Assembly (NCBI RefSeq): GCF_001949145.1
Contig: NW_019091360.1
Span: 3,098,864-3,162,863, forward strand
DNA: 64,000 nucleotides
Direction: 5' to 3'
Source: Acanthaster planci
Lineage: Eukaryota
Part shown: one piece after another, positions 23,386 to 38,000 of the stretch
Position numbering within the stretch: the stretch's first letter is position 1
Layout: each line of letters opens with the position of its first letter
The notes under the pieces: generated by a model
What the model was told of the DNA's origin: nothing
What the model saw: only the letters and a program-made list of their open reading frames with translations
The model's database searches: none
Position numbers and translations under genes: made by a program

Positions 23386-25164
23386 AGGTTACTCAAGTGT
23401 GCTGTCAGTGGAAAATGTGATTGAATAGCTTTGTTCCACCCGTTGATCATTTAAAGGTCAAAATCAATACCGGGTGGTTTTGGAGGAAATTGGAAGATTC
23501 AAGATGAATGCAGTTTTTGAAGTTGGGCAATTAGAGGAGTTTGGAGGATTGAGGATGTGCCCTAGTAAGAAGGCCCTAGTGGGTTATGGTTAAGTAAACA
23601 GAGACCGTTATGACCTGTGTAAACAGAAATAGCTGTAGACAACTATCTCAGACCAGTGACTTGCAGTTCCTCAGCCTTACTTGCTGGGCTACATGCACAT
23701 GTATTATAGGTCACTTAATAGGCCTACCCCCAGAACTTTGGGAATTTGTCGTCTGCTGAGGAGCACGGTGGATGACTAACCCCACTGCTCTTGGGGGTAG
23801 GTTGGTAGCAGGAAGGAAGGCCGGCATGACTTTGGCCTTTCTGTATTTTAATAGAGGTACCTGTATGCAAGCAGCTGGTGAACATCATGAGGATGTGTTT
23901 GACTTGCTCACTTGCTATACATGTATACATGTACATGTGTACCGGCATGACTTACATGTACATACAGAACAGGAAGTTGTCACTTGACTTTATTTGTTGG
24001 GAATCTTGAGCTAGTTTGGAACTTGATTAAAGAACTTTAAGGTTTTCACAAACCTTACATTACACATGCAGCTATGTACAGCGCAATAAATAGGAAAGCT
24101 TCCGTTATTTCAGTGACGCTGACTTATCGGTACTCTGCCATATTAATTTTGCAACAGGATTTCCTACATGTATTCTTTCTTAAGGAAGTCAGATGTCTGC
24201 TAGGGAGGTTTATTCACTTTAATATGTACTTGTATCTCACCAAAACGGTGAAATTGACCAAGTATTTTGCTCATCCACACCACAGAAGGGCAAAGGCACT
24301 GTTGTCAGCAGCATGACAGCTTGACCACTTGCAGCGCAGCTCCTATCTTTTTCTTGTTGTTCTCTTGTCACTCGCAAAATGAAAACCCTGCTCTTATTCG
24401 TCACTGGCAGAGATGTGGTTAGGCAGATCACAGTGCTCGAGTGACTGGATTATTTTCATGGCATCTTCTTCCCTAGAATTTCTTCAGAAAGATAAAAGAT
24501 TCTTTGAAAATTCAATGAATATTAACATCGTACCGATAGGATACAGAAGTAAAAATGAGTTTTTCATGTTGACAAGACACAACTTGTTATTTCCTTTAAC
24601 CCAACTAGAGACCGTCTGACAGTAACTTAGTAAGTCTATGATACTACAACAGTGTATTGGGCATATCCGCTCATGGATGCTCAGTAACAAACTTGTGCTT
24701 GACAGTAATATAAACTGAGTTCTTACTCATTGGAACACCTAAGTGCTCAGCTTTTGAGGATTACCATTAAATTAAGTTATCCACAGTTGTTGAGAATCTG
24801 AGTGTATTGTTTGATTTCCACCTTAGTGTGGTTTGACGTATATCAAACATTTGCAGAGTGGAGTTTTATCTTCTCTATAATCTTTGCCATATTTGAAAGA
24901 CTTGAGCCAGACCAGCACTGTAACCTTGGTTCATGCATTTATCATTAGCAAGGTTGACTGTTGCAACCATCTGTTCTACAGATCGCCTGATTCCCAGATA
25001 AGGAAGCAACAAAAGGTTCAAAATACTTGTGCCGGACTCGTTCGTAATGGGAGACTTTGAGGTGCTTGGTGGTGACAAATATACCAGGTGACAGGTCCTT
25101 TTTACCAGTTCTGAGCATGCGCGCATTGTTCTGAGCATGCCCAATACCTTGTAAAAGGAATGGT

Positions 25165-25289
25165 ATGACTACTGCCACCAGCATCTCAAAGTCTCCATTT
25201 TTGATATGTTACTGCCACCAGCATCTCAAAGTCTCCAGTTTTGACATGTTACTGCCACCAGCGTCTCAAATTCTCTAATTTTGACATGT
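25165..25289. repeat. Tandem repeat, 40-bp unit x3
   Basis: ACTGCCACCAGCATCTCAAAGTCTCCA.TTTTGA.ATGTT starts at 25171, 25211 and 25251. Confidence 0.9.
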
Positions 25290-27496
25290 ACAGTGTACAT
25301 GTTTGTAACCCCCCTCATTAGTCAAATTACTGTACATGGACATTAGTTGCCTAGTCAACAAAGAATTGCGTTGAACTTACTTCTGGTCACATGTACCTGT
25401 AAGACTAAGAGTGTAAGTTTACTGTTGGAGATATTCACTTGTTTGTTCTGCTCCCAGGCTTTGGAAAATAACTTATCGTTTCACGTAAGAAATGCAAAAT
25501 CTGTTGATGAATTCGAAACTTTCTTACAAACTTGTCTTTTCGCGGAAGCTTTTCCTAACACTGCACACTGAGTCTAGGCGAGTAATGGAATTTGTGATAC
25601 ATTAGTGAGTCTGAGTATTAGTGTATGGTAAATGTACAATATAAATGTTATTGTTATTATTTGTGTTGCAACAAATTATAGTAGTTACTACAAGGAAAAG
25701 TGTCAGTCTTGTGACAAATGGTATGTCTTCAAGATTAAATCTCCATAACTTCTTAAATTTTGCTCAAGTTATCTTGACCTTTCTGATGTAACAAGCTAAG
25801 GGAAGAGACATGCAAGCAGAAAATAAGGGCAAAGATGTCACACTGTTGTACGCTTTAGTAAAAAAAGACCTATTTTCTTGCTTCTCTATGACCAGAAAGC
25901 AGATTGATTGTTTTCGCCAAAGTGCATTTTTCCACTTTTGGGCTTTTCTGTTTCCAGAGAAGCCGATCGTCCTCTCACCGACGGTCCAGAAATGAACATC
26001 TACATGTACTCAGCTGCCACCAAAATAGATGCTTGAACATTGTAACGATGTTTTTCTACTTTTCTGCCTTTGGATAGAGCAGATAGAACGTTTTTGTCAC
26101 ACAGATCCAAAACTCCACAGTAGGCATCTGCTACCAGAAAAGCAGATTAAATGCTCTGGACAAGTCTACTTGTTTACCATGTTTACAGTCAATAAAGTAG
26201 ATCGAATGGTCTGTTCAAGGTGGTCTAAAAGTGGCCATCTGCTTTCAGCGGGCAGAAACTGAGCAGATCGAACGTTAAGCCTTGTCAGAGGTTTGCCTAC
26301 TGCCATGGTACCCTCCAGAAATGGAACAGTTCCAAGCAACTCCACCCCCGTCATGTGTCATCAGGACATGCACAAATCTTCATATGTGCCACCTGGACTG
26401 AAGATCTTGGAATGCTGTCTTCAAAACTCTCTTGGTATGACATCATCCTGACTCATTTCTTGTCTCATCCAGCAAGGTGCCTTCTGTACATGTACAGTGT
26501 ACAAGCCAAGCGTTTACAAGTTGCATTGTTATTGTAATGTTCTGATGGAGATTGATTGGATTCTGGTGGATTCGGCACAGCTGCCAGTACAGGTGGAGGC
26601 TATAAAGTTCCTCAGTCTTCTGTGTAAAATCCCAGTTGAAACTGTGTCCACCTTTGAGGGCAGCAGTTTCATTTGTATGAAATTGTGTTTGTTGAATTGT
26701 GCTTCCCGTTTTGGGACGTTTCAATGTTTGAAGACCTTCTGTTCTCATTTCTATTTATATTCAGAAACCGAAACTGAAGCTGTTGAAACAATTGTACATC
26801 AACCCTCCCCCCAACCCCCAAAAATCTGAAGCTACATGTATGTATGTATTTTATCACGAGCTTTTCCTCCTCCATTGCCCTGAATACAAGCGAGCCTTGC
26901 CAAATGTAGCCCAAAAAAAGGTTTACATGTACATGTACATGTATATTTGAAGTGGGTTGCAGTGTCCCAACAACGTGCAAGAGTAGTGCTTTGCTGTCTT
27001 TACGCATCAGTTGAGAAAGGATCTATGCAAACACTGGGACTATGCAAATACTATGACACAGGTGGAGTGACCGGTACTTGGAACCGTCCATTTTTTGGTA
27101 GATTGGTGTGTGTACATGGGAAGCCATTGAATATGCTCAGACTATGATGACAAGAGTTCAGTCCGGTTTCTTGACCGGAAGAACATCAAGCAAGTGGATT
27201 ATCTCTGGACAGGGAAGAAAAAGAAAAAAAAGAAGTCCGCTTTCAGACTGCCAGGATGAAAACTTTCCATCCTCTCTCTGGGAGTGCAGAAAAGTAGAAC
27301 AAATGAACGTGTTCAACATTTTCATGGAGCTTTTTTGGTAGTAGCAGAAATCATGTTTTTCACTATCACTGTGTGAAGGGTAACAAGTACATGTACCATA
27401 GATTTCTCTTAACAGAAAGAAGAACAAATGTTGTATGAATGTTACATACCCTACTGCGGTGCTCCATTTTAGTTTTCCATGGATGACATCGTAACT

Positions 27497-28418
27497 GGGG
27501 TCCGGACAACTCGACCGTTTGCCAACTCGACTTCGGACAACTCGACCGTTGAGACAACTTGACCGTCCATACGTAAAAGGAAGAGACAAGTCGCCCGTTG
27601 AGACAAGTCGTCCGTTGGGACAAGTCATCCGTTGCGGGACACTGTCCACTCGGCCCAGTCGTCTATTGAAGCCATACATGTATGCCTTAAGGATGGAATT
27701 TCATGTAGTAGATAGACAAGCTTAATTTCTGAGGAATGTATAAAAATGGTGGCTGTAGTAAGTCATTCTTTGCGCAGTCAACCGATCTTGCACCCGCGCT
27801 TCACCTATCTGGACCGTATGCATTACAGTCATAGCTTGAAATAAAAACCCACCTACCTGGTGTTGTCCTTCAGTTCTGCATTCTCAGACAAGTTTGGGTT
27901 TAAAGTGAAATGTAAACTTCTTCTTGAACAGAACTCTGATTCGCACTTTGACATTTTGGAACGGTAGGGAGAAAAAATGACGAATAGTCTAGGGCAATAT
28001 AACGGTACATCACTCACTACGAGTGATCCCAAATCCTTTTTCTCATACTCAACAGTCATATAAATTCTTGCATCTCATGTCTGTTTAATCAAAATGACTT
28101 TCAATGTTGCGTTTTATTAAAACTGGCCCAAAACTGAAAGCATATTGTTTCCTAGTTTTGGATCACGCATTAAGTGCATGCGCTTAATGACCACATTTCA
28201 CTGGAATTAGAGGATTTTTGTAGAGCTGCAATCTGACTGAATAATTTCGCGATCTTGAACTGGGAAACGACTGTATTATGTGAAGAGATCTCACTGGTCG
28301 AGTTGTCTCTCTGTCAAAGTCGAGTTGTCCTAACAGACGACTTCTCAAACGGTCAAGTTGTCTCAACGGTCGAGTTGTACAAAGTCGAGTTGGCAAACGG
28401 TCGAGTTGTCTGACATCC
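27497..28418. mobile_element. 922-bp non-autonomous DNA transposon with modular foldback TIRs and an 8-9 bp TSD
   Basis: TSD TCGTAACT(G) at 27489-27496 and 28419-28426. Arms are built of GACAACTCGACCGTT repeats on the left and AACGGTCGAGTTGTC repeats on the right. Confidence 0.85.
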
Positions 28419-28742
28419 TCGTAACTGCACTACGCTGTTTTGTTTTTTTGTTTTTTTTTTATTTTTGGCATAAATTTTACATCAACCTGGATGGTGTTTA
28501 TTAGTATCAAGCATTTGGCAGTATAGAGTACCGAAGTGAATACGTCACGTGCACAATTAGTGTGTAAAAGGCATTAGCGCGAAAACCAGCGCGTGAACCA
28601 ACGCGCGCGTACTCCATTCATTTGCACTTCACTTTCTGGTTCACAGTGACGTCACACTTCGGTACTCAATTACAGTATTTGCTTTGTAGTGTACTGGTAA
28701 TAAACAGAATTAGAAGCCGTTACCACGGTAGTACGCACATGT

Positions 28743-28799
28743 GGTCAGGTGGTGTGCGCTTGTGGTCAGGTGGTATGCGCTCATGGTCAGGTGGTATGC
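28743..28799. repeat. Short tandem repeat TGGTCAGGTGGT(G/A)TGCGCT, about 3 copies
   Basis: Three visible copies with a period of about 21 bp. Confidence 0.8.
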
Positions 28800-28968
28800 A
28801 AACATTACATGCCTCTTCAATCAGGTGTCATGATTTGCCAAATGCAGGTCCGCATCAAGCTGAAGAATGTCACACTTATGGCATCTAATTGGATTAGTCT
28901 ATGCTTTGTTTCTGCAGACTGAGTTGATAATGAAAGCATGCAGTAGGGATTTGATTTGATGGGTCACA

Positions 28969-29080
28969 ATGGACTCCAACAACCCTGAAGGCTTTGATTG
29001 GTTGGTCCGAGGGAAGACGACAAATCTCCCATCGCAAGACTCCAACGTGGTCCGCGTGTTCCTCAGCTCAACTTTCACAG
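28969..29080 (+). CDS. NWD coding exon 1
   Basis: MDSNNPEGFDWLVRGKTTNLPSQDSNVVRVFLSSTFT. In-frame TGA at 28957 lies upstream, the exon acceptor is at 28917, and the donor GTGTGT is phase 1. Confidence 0.88.
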
Positions 29081-32000
29081 GTGTGTGTTTGTTATAACAT
29101 GCTTGAGATGCAGTCATTGAAGTGGGCTACCGTACATGTACCAATATAGATCTGTGTTTCACAGCCCCTTTCTGCCTGAACAATTTGTGTCCATGATATC
29201 AATTTCTGCTTCCAGTCTCCTCTCTGTGTTGCCAATGTAGCTCTGTGTTTCCATGGCAACCATTGATTGATTTGGTATTTTGGCTCTCATAGAATGAAAC
29301 GTAATATTCATTGCAAATAAATAAGCAAGATACGTCTATTTGTTTTCTAGCACAGAGGGAAAGCATGGTGGACTAGTGAGTTTCAGCAAGTAATTATGCA
29401 TCGTTTATTTTTTTTGTTAAGTATATGGAATGTTGAAATTTCTTGTAGAGGAAGTACAGAAATGATTGTCGGAAGGAAGATGAGATAAACTCGTAGCTGC
29501 TTGTTGACCCACTTTAGGGATCAGTTTTTCAAGAGGACACTGGACGAGATTGTACACATCACACAAAAATGGAGAACATTTTCAACATGCGAATGAATCG
29601 ATTAGGCACTTAGCACCATACATTAATAGGAGTAAAGTTTCGGACGAAACTTGAAATGGGTTTGTTCACAGAAAAGGGTCACCAATACAGCCAGCCATTT
29701 ATAATCACTTGTATCTTATCACTGGAGCCGAACCTGGGGGCCTTATTTGATGAAGAAGCTGTACAGATATACACGTCATGCATGTAATGGCAGGATTCTA
29801 TTCAGAGGAAAATTTGTTTTTGACAAAATACAGGGTTTCAAAGACTTCAAATGTGTGATAATAGCACACCTCAGGTTTCAACTAAATATACAATAAATGA
29901 AAACACCATTTTAGTTAAATATTGTGTTTAATCACTATAATTTGAAGGTGCATGTATTGTGGCTTTGAGATGGTACAAGTGTACATGAATTGTTTTGTAT
30001 GCCAACATAAGGCACAACTGAAAATATGGTTGTGAACGCAACCCGTGGTATTTTTTGAAGGTTTTGTTCAAACATGGACTTCAGACTTTCTAATGAAGCA
30101 TTAAGTTTTTATGTGACTTAACTCACATGTACACATACATGTGTATGTACTTCACAGAATTTCAACTAAACAACCATGACCCTTTGAGGCGTAACGTTTC
30201 AACCCAATATAAAAAAGTATGCTTATTTTACAAAGGTTTGTTAAGGTTGCCGATCATATGCACTGTTTGCCGTTTGCATTCAAGCCTCAAAGAATGCTAC
30301 TAAATATAGCACAGGGGTTTCTTTGGCTGTCGATATCCCATCATAATGCCAAGAAGTGCGCTGTGCAGACAGAGACANNNNNNNNNNNNNNNNNNNNNNN
30401 NNNNNNNNNNNNNNNNNNNNNNNNNNNNNNNNNNNNNNNNNNNNNNNNNNNNNNNNNNNNNNNNNNNNNNNNNNNNNNNNNNNNNNNNNNNNNNNNNNNN
30501 NNNNNNNNNNNNNNNNNNNNNNNNNNNNNNNNNNNNNNNNNNNNNNNNNNNNNNNNNNNNNNNNNNNNNNNNNNNNNNNNNNNNNNNNNNNNNNNNNNNN
30601 NNNNNNNNNNNNNNNNNNNNNNNNNNNNNNNNNNNNNNNNNNNNNNNNNNNNNNNNNNNNNNNNNNNNNNNNNNNNNNNNNNNNNNNNNACACAGAGACA
30701 TGCTGCTGAACGAGTACATGTAGTACGCCAAGTGATTCCAAATACATGTATGAGTTTCCGCATTTGCTCAAGGTACATGTACATTCAAAACAGTGTCACA
30801 TGAAAATTCCAGATTTACTCAAATTTTCTCAGAATGGAAGGTGCACTGTACATGTACTTTACATGTATGGATTTTTAATTGTCTATCTATGGCATACAAT
30901 CTGAAAGTATTTTTGATACAATTCTGCTTGTTTGTGTTTTCTTTAAGAATAGAGGATCAAGATGGACAGTGTCTTTGACTCACAGAGTGGCAAAGTGTTG
31001 TACTTGAGACCCCTTGAGACAACCAAAAGACTAATATGGCCCTATTTTGGTCAGAAAAGATGCACTGGTATGGTACTCACTTTAAGGACATTTTGAGAAA
31101 AAGACACTGAAAGATTGGACCTTTTGCTGTTTTGTTTCTCAGGTTTTGAAGACTGTGAAGCTGTTTTTAAAATCCTGACAACTGTGAATTTGATATTTTG
31201 TGTCAATCATCAATGGATGAATTATTAAAATGTGGAATCCTGTGGAAGATTTGCAAATACATGCATGTCAGACTTAATTACTTTCTTGGAAAAAGTCTCA
31301 GAGTAAATTTTTTCACCTCTAAATACATATTATACTGGTATCTTCATTTCTTAGCTGAGATAAGTTTAGAACAAGAAATGGCGTCCTGACATTACTAGAA
31401 AATCATTCTAACTCAAATTCACCAAAACCTTGACCTACATCATTTTACTAAAATAGGGTTGAATACAAGATCTCTGAATTCAAATGCACTGCAAAATGTA
31501 TTGCATTCTTTTGTCTTTTTCACCCTGTTACTGGTCTTGTGACTGGTCATGTGATGGTCTCGACCGCAGCACTGGATAGGTGTGTCACCCACTGATGACC
31601 CAAATGCATTTTAAATCTTTTTTTTTGGGCATGCAGACACAATCCACGAGAGAAATCGACTTTTGAAGGATGTCTTTCCTGACCTGCAGAAGTACTGTCA
31701 GGGGAAAGGACTGGATTTTGAGGTGGTCGACATGAGATGGGGAGTACGAGACAATGCCACGGCCGATCACCTGACCTCTGCACTGTGTATTAAGGAGATT
31801 GAGGCATGTAAACGGCTGTCTATGGGACCCCACTTTGTGGTAGGTGCAGAGTTGCTGATTTGAGTCGGACTTGAGTCACTATTTTTGTGACTTGACTTGC
31901 ACTCGCAAAAAATGACTTGTGACTCGACTTGGACGTGCAGAAAACGACTTTTTACCAACCCAAGTCAGACGTTACTCGACCGGCCCCATACATTTTTAAC

Positions 32001-35000
32001 TAAGTTATTCAGTTTACACCTTACGTGCATTAAAAACACGAACTTCTGCTTGCGTGGCTTCTACTTCACCCAGCTGCACTGTACCAGGGCAGCATGGATT
32101 ATCATGCTGCTATGTTGCATTGACACGACTGGGATGAACAGCGCCCTCAATATGTCATTATTAAACTTAAAGGTGGACAGTATCAATCAAGTAACATTAA
32201 ACCATGATTATAAATCCTTTAATTCCTACATCAAATCCAGAAACAAGTGGCTTTGAATGAAATCTCAAGCCAACCTAGATTGCTTGTGACATGCGTGCAC
32301 CCACTCTAGGTGATGAAGGGCTCAATATTATTCAAAATATGAAACACTGGAAAAAATGTACGAATCATTTGAAAAACAAAACAACAAACGTTGCACGTAA
32401 ACGTGCCATTTGAAAAATTGTTAAATGTTGATTTAAATCTGCCAACTTTGATCTGCTATTACCAAAATTTTGTATCAGTGTTTGTGATTTGTTAATGAGA
32501 GTTGAATATTTAGAAATGATACTTATGCATGTGGGTCCAAGTATAAATGGAGTTTATGATCAAGCGTGTAAATGACAGCTGTGTATCTTTTTTTTTCACG
32601 GTAGTTTTGAAGGAAATTTTTGGGTACAATTTCTACTCCAGGGATTTCTGGGAAATAAATACGGCTATCGACCATTGCCTCCAGTGATTGATTCGGCCCA
32701 GTTTGACAAGCTGGTCCAATCTATCCAATCGTTGGGGGTAGACGTTGAGGAGGTCCAGCTGCTGACCGATTGGTACGTCCAGGACACCAATGCCACGCCC
32801 CCTGTGCATGTCCTCCAGACAATCACGTCATTCCTGCCAAACTTCTACAATGCCGAGCAGCCCGAGTTGCAGCAGAAGGAAAGAGACAATTGGTGGAAGA
32901 TCTTTGGGAGGCTGCAGAGGATTTTGCAGAGGGGAGCCCGGGCTGCCGTCAAAGATGGACTCATCACAGAAGAAGAATCGATAGCTTATTTTGAATCAGG
33001 TGAATATGTCTCCATCATGGAGGCTTTACGTGGTAGCCATCTTGCAGGGCGTTCCTTGTGTTCCACAGAGAAACAAACCTTTGTGCATACACTGTGGAAT
33101 AAAAAACTGGCCTGCAAGATGGCAACCATGCAAAACCTCTATTGTCATAGGCACAGGGCATAGCACACACAGTGTATTTACGTAGAAAGCAAATTTTTGA
33201 AGCTTTATAAATTATGTCAAAAAGTATGAGAAATATGTATAGCCAGCAATGGATGCAGCTGTATGTGGCGCAGGTGATGGTACATGTATCATGCCATTTG
33301 ATAAAGCATTTACGTTATTTTATGTGAAAATGAGCCCCACTTTCAAGTTTACAGCATAGGCTTATAGTAATGGTGCCCAATCTCAGAGAAACCATATAGT
33401 CACATGGTTCTTTGACGTCGTTTGATTGGACCCTATTGACAAATCCAGCACGCAGGTGGCACACACTCATTACATTCCTCTTCGACCAAAAGGATGTCGT
33501 GAGTTGCGAAAGTGCACACTCAAGTAAAGGCTTGTGCATGTGTGCAATGGCCCTGCAGGAATGGTGTCTCCTCAAATTTGTCAAGCAAGGATCTGTCCAA
33601 AATCTTCATCTGCAGAGTAAGGAAAAGGCCAGTTAGGGGAATATCAGGGGACACGCTATAATTGTTTAGGAATTGAAACACCTTAGATTTGGTACGAGCA
33701 CCTTTTGGAAGGGGAAGGTTGGTTCTTTTAGAGATGGAGAAAAACATTAGAACAGTTGTTGTCTTTTTTTTTCCCAGAAAAAAATCCCCATGTGCCCCCT
33801 TACCGGGACCCTAGACCCAGATACATCGTTTGTCCCAATTGAGAATATGACAGTGTGAATAGCTTCTACCATGCCATGGATCACAAGGAACCCTCAAAAC
33901 AGTTTCTTCCCACAAACGTCTCTGACAAATCTCATTTTATTTTGTTAATTTCACAGAAATGATCGCTGTCAGCGGCAAAAGATTGAAGAAATATCATCCT
34001 TGATTGGTGTCAGTTTTGACCTCAAATATAGACATTTGCCTTGTACTGTCAAAGGGGTCATACTTTCATCAAGTAGACATGCTGTAGTGGTGTTTATATT
34101 TTGTATTCCTAGATGTGTTGATAACTACGTGTACCTGAGATATTTTTCACAAAAGGGGAATTTGCCTTTGTACTGATGGCTGTCCGTGTAGTTGCACAGT
34201 CACTTGAAGGCAAAACTTTGACTACGACATAGATCAGTAGAAAAAGTAGACCATGTTTTCCAGAGGCACTGTCCACATTGCAATATCCCTGTTACCCATT
34301 ATGTTGCCAACATATCCCTGTTGCATGGCCGTGGCACATCAGTAAGATTTCTTTGCAAATGGCTGTATTTTGTCGCCATTTGTGAAATAACTGTTACCGT
34401 ACTTACAGTGCGTTTGATTACTTCCCTGTGTTTAATTGCACGAGAGCAACTGCGTTCGATTTGACACTCACATGATGTCTCACGCTTACTCCAGCCTAAC
34501 TAACTGACTAAGTGACTAACCAGCCGAGATGGTTACTTGGGGAAGTATCCCACAATACCGTGCAAAAACATGGCAGCGTAGTTGAGCGTTACAGAGAAAA
34601 GTTGACACTGTTGTAAATAATTTAGAAGAACGGTTGAGTTTAGTGGCATATTGGCTCTTATCAACTAAGTTCCCTGAGAGAAAGGCAAGAAATGTGTGTT
34701 AAGATGTCTGTAGCTTTCAACTTCTCGGGTTAATTTGGAAATTCAAACGATGCTTGACCTTGTGACCTATTCTGGGCTCTTTAAGTCATCTGCGATTGTT
34801 CGTTTGTTACCACATATTTGCATGCTTGCCAGAACCTATGACAATACCAAGGGTAAGCGCAAGGGAAGGTACTGTTTGTCCTGATCTTACTTTTTGCATG
34901 TCCCCTCTTTGCAGTGACTGAAATTGAAGTGAGGCACGGTTTGATGGGCGCCGTCGACCCGTCTGCCAGCTGTCTTTTCTTCCTACGTGATCTGGAGGGT

Positions 35001-38000
35001 TTGGGTGTCAAGATGGAAGATGAGGCCACAAGGTTCTACCTGGACATTCATGAAGATGGGTTGGTGCTAGACGATTTCTGTTTTTGTGAAAACAGCTACG
35101 GTTATAAATTGAATAAATCAACTGCAAAGTTAGGGAAATAATAAGTAAAAAAAAAACTGAACTGATTGTTCGAGAATTGGCATAAATACTTCTTGGAATC
35201 CTAATTGGTTCTGATAAACAAAAACAGTGAAAGTGCTTTGTGCACAATGCTATTGTTAGGATTTCCCTGGACAAGTGCGGATTTTTAGAGGTTTCATCAT
35301 TATTAACCACTTGCTGCCGGGCGGAGGCCAACCTTTTCACAAGAGTCAACATGCGGCGCTATTTTGGTCTGATTTTGCACTGTTTTCTAGGCGCGGGTAT
35401 TTGGTGTAGTGCAACCCTAAACCCCATCGAGTTACTGTCTGGTGTCTACTCTAATCTGACCTACAACATCTATTGATCCCCGAGTATTTCAGCTAGGCCT
35501 GCCGCCTTGTAAAAAGAGCCTGGATTGTTCAGTGTTATGTAATTTTCTTTCGTTCCCGAAACTGGCAAAGTGCACTGCTGGTGTCTTTTTAATAGGGGCC
35601 AGATTAGTATTGTATCGCTCACCACTGGAGCACTTTTGTCCCCAGTGGTAATCCGCTCGTGCTGAATACCACAAACAGTGGTATAATTTTTCGAAACAAT
35701 GATGGATTTTCTCCGCAATTGATAACTGAAAAAATGTTTGCAAATCCCACCAGCTCAGTCTTTTGTTTCGAGAACGGTCTTCTGTTACAAGGCCCAGCTC
35801 TCTTGTCCAATTTCGGGCACCCCGGCTTTGCATAGAGAAACATACACGTACCCAAAACCGGGCTCCCCAGCAGCAAGTGGTCAAGGCCTTGCTCGTTTTT
35901 TACCTTCACCCCTCACCCCCCCCAACCCACACCCCCATTTGTACAGTGCCACCAAGTAGCATCTGCCTTGTGAGAGTCCCAAATTCACATTTATACCGGC
36001 TCCCTGCATTCCACGTTACCCTGCGCCTTACATATCACACATGCACCAGTTTCGGATATTGTTCCCAACTACATGTACTTGTTAGAGGCACATACATATT
36101 CATGTATACGTACCAGAACTAGACGGGTGTTTGACGAAAATGAAATGAAATTGTTGACCGAAATCATTTGAAATTCAGGATTTTTTTAAAACTTGTTTTG
36201 ACTCGCCGACTCAAAAACTATTTATGATTGAGAATAAATCTGTACTTGGCAAGTCTTAGACAAGCTTTACAGACCGGCTCAGGAGAATGAATGCTGATCA
36301 TGTCCCTTTGGCTCGGGTCATTATCAACGTCCATTTTTCGAGTCCGGTCTTAAATGAATGTTTACCGCCAGCCAAGCACATCTTTATTGTGAATAGTCAC
36401 AGCATTCTATTGCCCTCGCAACCACCCTTCAACCAATGTTGACTGGATGTTTCACTGATTTCTTTTCTTCCTCTGATCTAACCCCTACAGTCATTAGCAC
36501 ATTGGTATGGTATCCAGAAGGCCGTGGGTGCAGATCGGTGATCATACTCTCGGAATTTGGGCACCAGAAGTGAGAAACCCATATAGGGCATTGCATCTGA
36601 GAGTTTACACCGTGAATTGGAGGGGGAAATTTGGCGAAAAGAGTTCACTTTCATGTTCACATTTCAAAAGGTGTGAGAATAATTTCCCACTTTGGGAAAA
36701 TCTTTGAATACAGTGTATCTATTTCCACCGTGAGAAACATTTTTCACAGTTTGTGAAATGAAAATGAGTTTCCCTTTCTGAGATGAACTTCCTGTCACAA
36801 TGTGTGTAATTTCTCAAGCCGGAAAAGTATTGTTGCACTTCAAACTTTCTTGTCTTGAACAGTGAAGTCGACAAAGATGCCCAGGCCTCCTTGGCGAATC
36901 TCAAGACCAATTACCTGCCATCCATCGTGGGAGAGGAAGCCATAGATAGGTTCACCCTTCCCTGGACCCCGTCCGGTATCGACCCCACCCACCCCGTGCA
37001 CGCCCGGTACCTGGACAACATCTGTACCAGGTTTAGGGAAGGCATCAAAGGCATGATTGACAGGAGCTTGGAGCAGAGGTCAAAGGTGAAAAATAAAGCC
37101 GCGGCTGCTCTCTATGAAGAGCTCTTGCATCACGCTAAGTTTTGTGAAACAAAGTGCAGGTAAGATGTTCAAAGATTTGTTCATGGGGAGTTATGTGAAA
37201 TAAAATAACACCACTTCTTCAGGTGTTTAATATGTTTCATGGAAATGTAGCAATGCTTGAATGGAATTCATTTCAATACAGGTCTTACGAGTAGTCCTTT
37301 GTGTATCATTCAACTTGATTTTCAGTTTTTGTTTTGCCATTCTAACCAACATTTTAGGAGCTGTTTTACTTTCATGCAGAAAAATATTTGCATATATTTA
37401 TTTTCAAAATTTTGATTGCATCCAAGGCAGAAACCTCAAAGTAACAACTATTAGCCTACAAAATTTGCCTGAACTGTTGATATTTTCCAGTCTTAAATTT
37501 CGTAAACTTTGATTGTTGTTTTTTGTTAGTTAATGACAGTTAGCTAGTGAGCAAATACCTTCCCTAAGCAAATTTTCAATTCAGAATTTGAGCAGAACCC
37601 TCCCAAATGAAAGTGTCCTGTGAAGACATGACAGCAACAATGCACTTGTTTTTTAGGACAGAATGGACAACTTTAAAAGCATATCAAAAATGTGCAGTTG
37701 TCAATGAGTCTTAAGAGTAGAAAGTTGCACAAAATATGCTTCCTGGTGTTGAAGTGGACTCTTCAATGACACTGGAATTTGGGTGTCACTTGAATTTGAC
37801 TCTGCAGCGTGTTCCATGGACGGCAGGAGCTCATGACCAACATCCGGGAGTTCCTGTCACCCAAGCCGGGCAAGCCGTTGGTCGTACACGGAGTCTCAGG
37901 GTCGGGCAAGACCTCGGTCATGGCAATGCTGGCCAGGAATGCCTGTGACTGGCTGAAGCAGGAACTGGTGGTGATACTGCGATTTCTTGGCACGTCGGGG

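Noticed and set aside
25165..25289. CRISPR-like array
   Set aside because: Head-to-tail 40-bp tandem repeat without unique spacers, in eukaryotic intronic DNA with no cas genes.
25950..26440. Exon-like stretch in the NWD upstream intron
   Set aside because: All frames are interrupted and there is no recognisable product. It could be a UTR exon but cannot be supported from sequence alone.
27158..27725. ORFs of 68-173 aa over the repeat arms, and their mirror at 28184-28396
   Set aside because: These are translation artefacts of the modular inverted repeats of a non-autonomous transposon.
28930..28971. In-frame TGA before the NWD start read as selenocysteine or readthrough
   Set aside because: I could not identify a SECIS element, and the 13-residue extension has no evident homology. 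A uORF reading is simpler.
30219..30803. Long ORFs spanning X residues
   Set aside because: They are created by the N gap.
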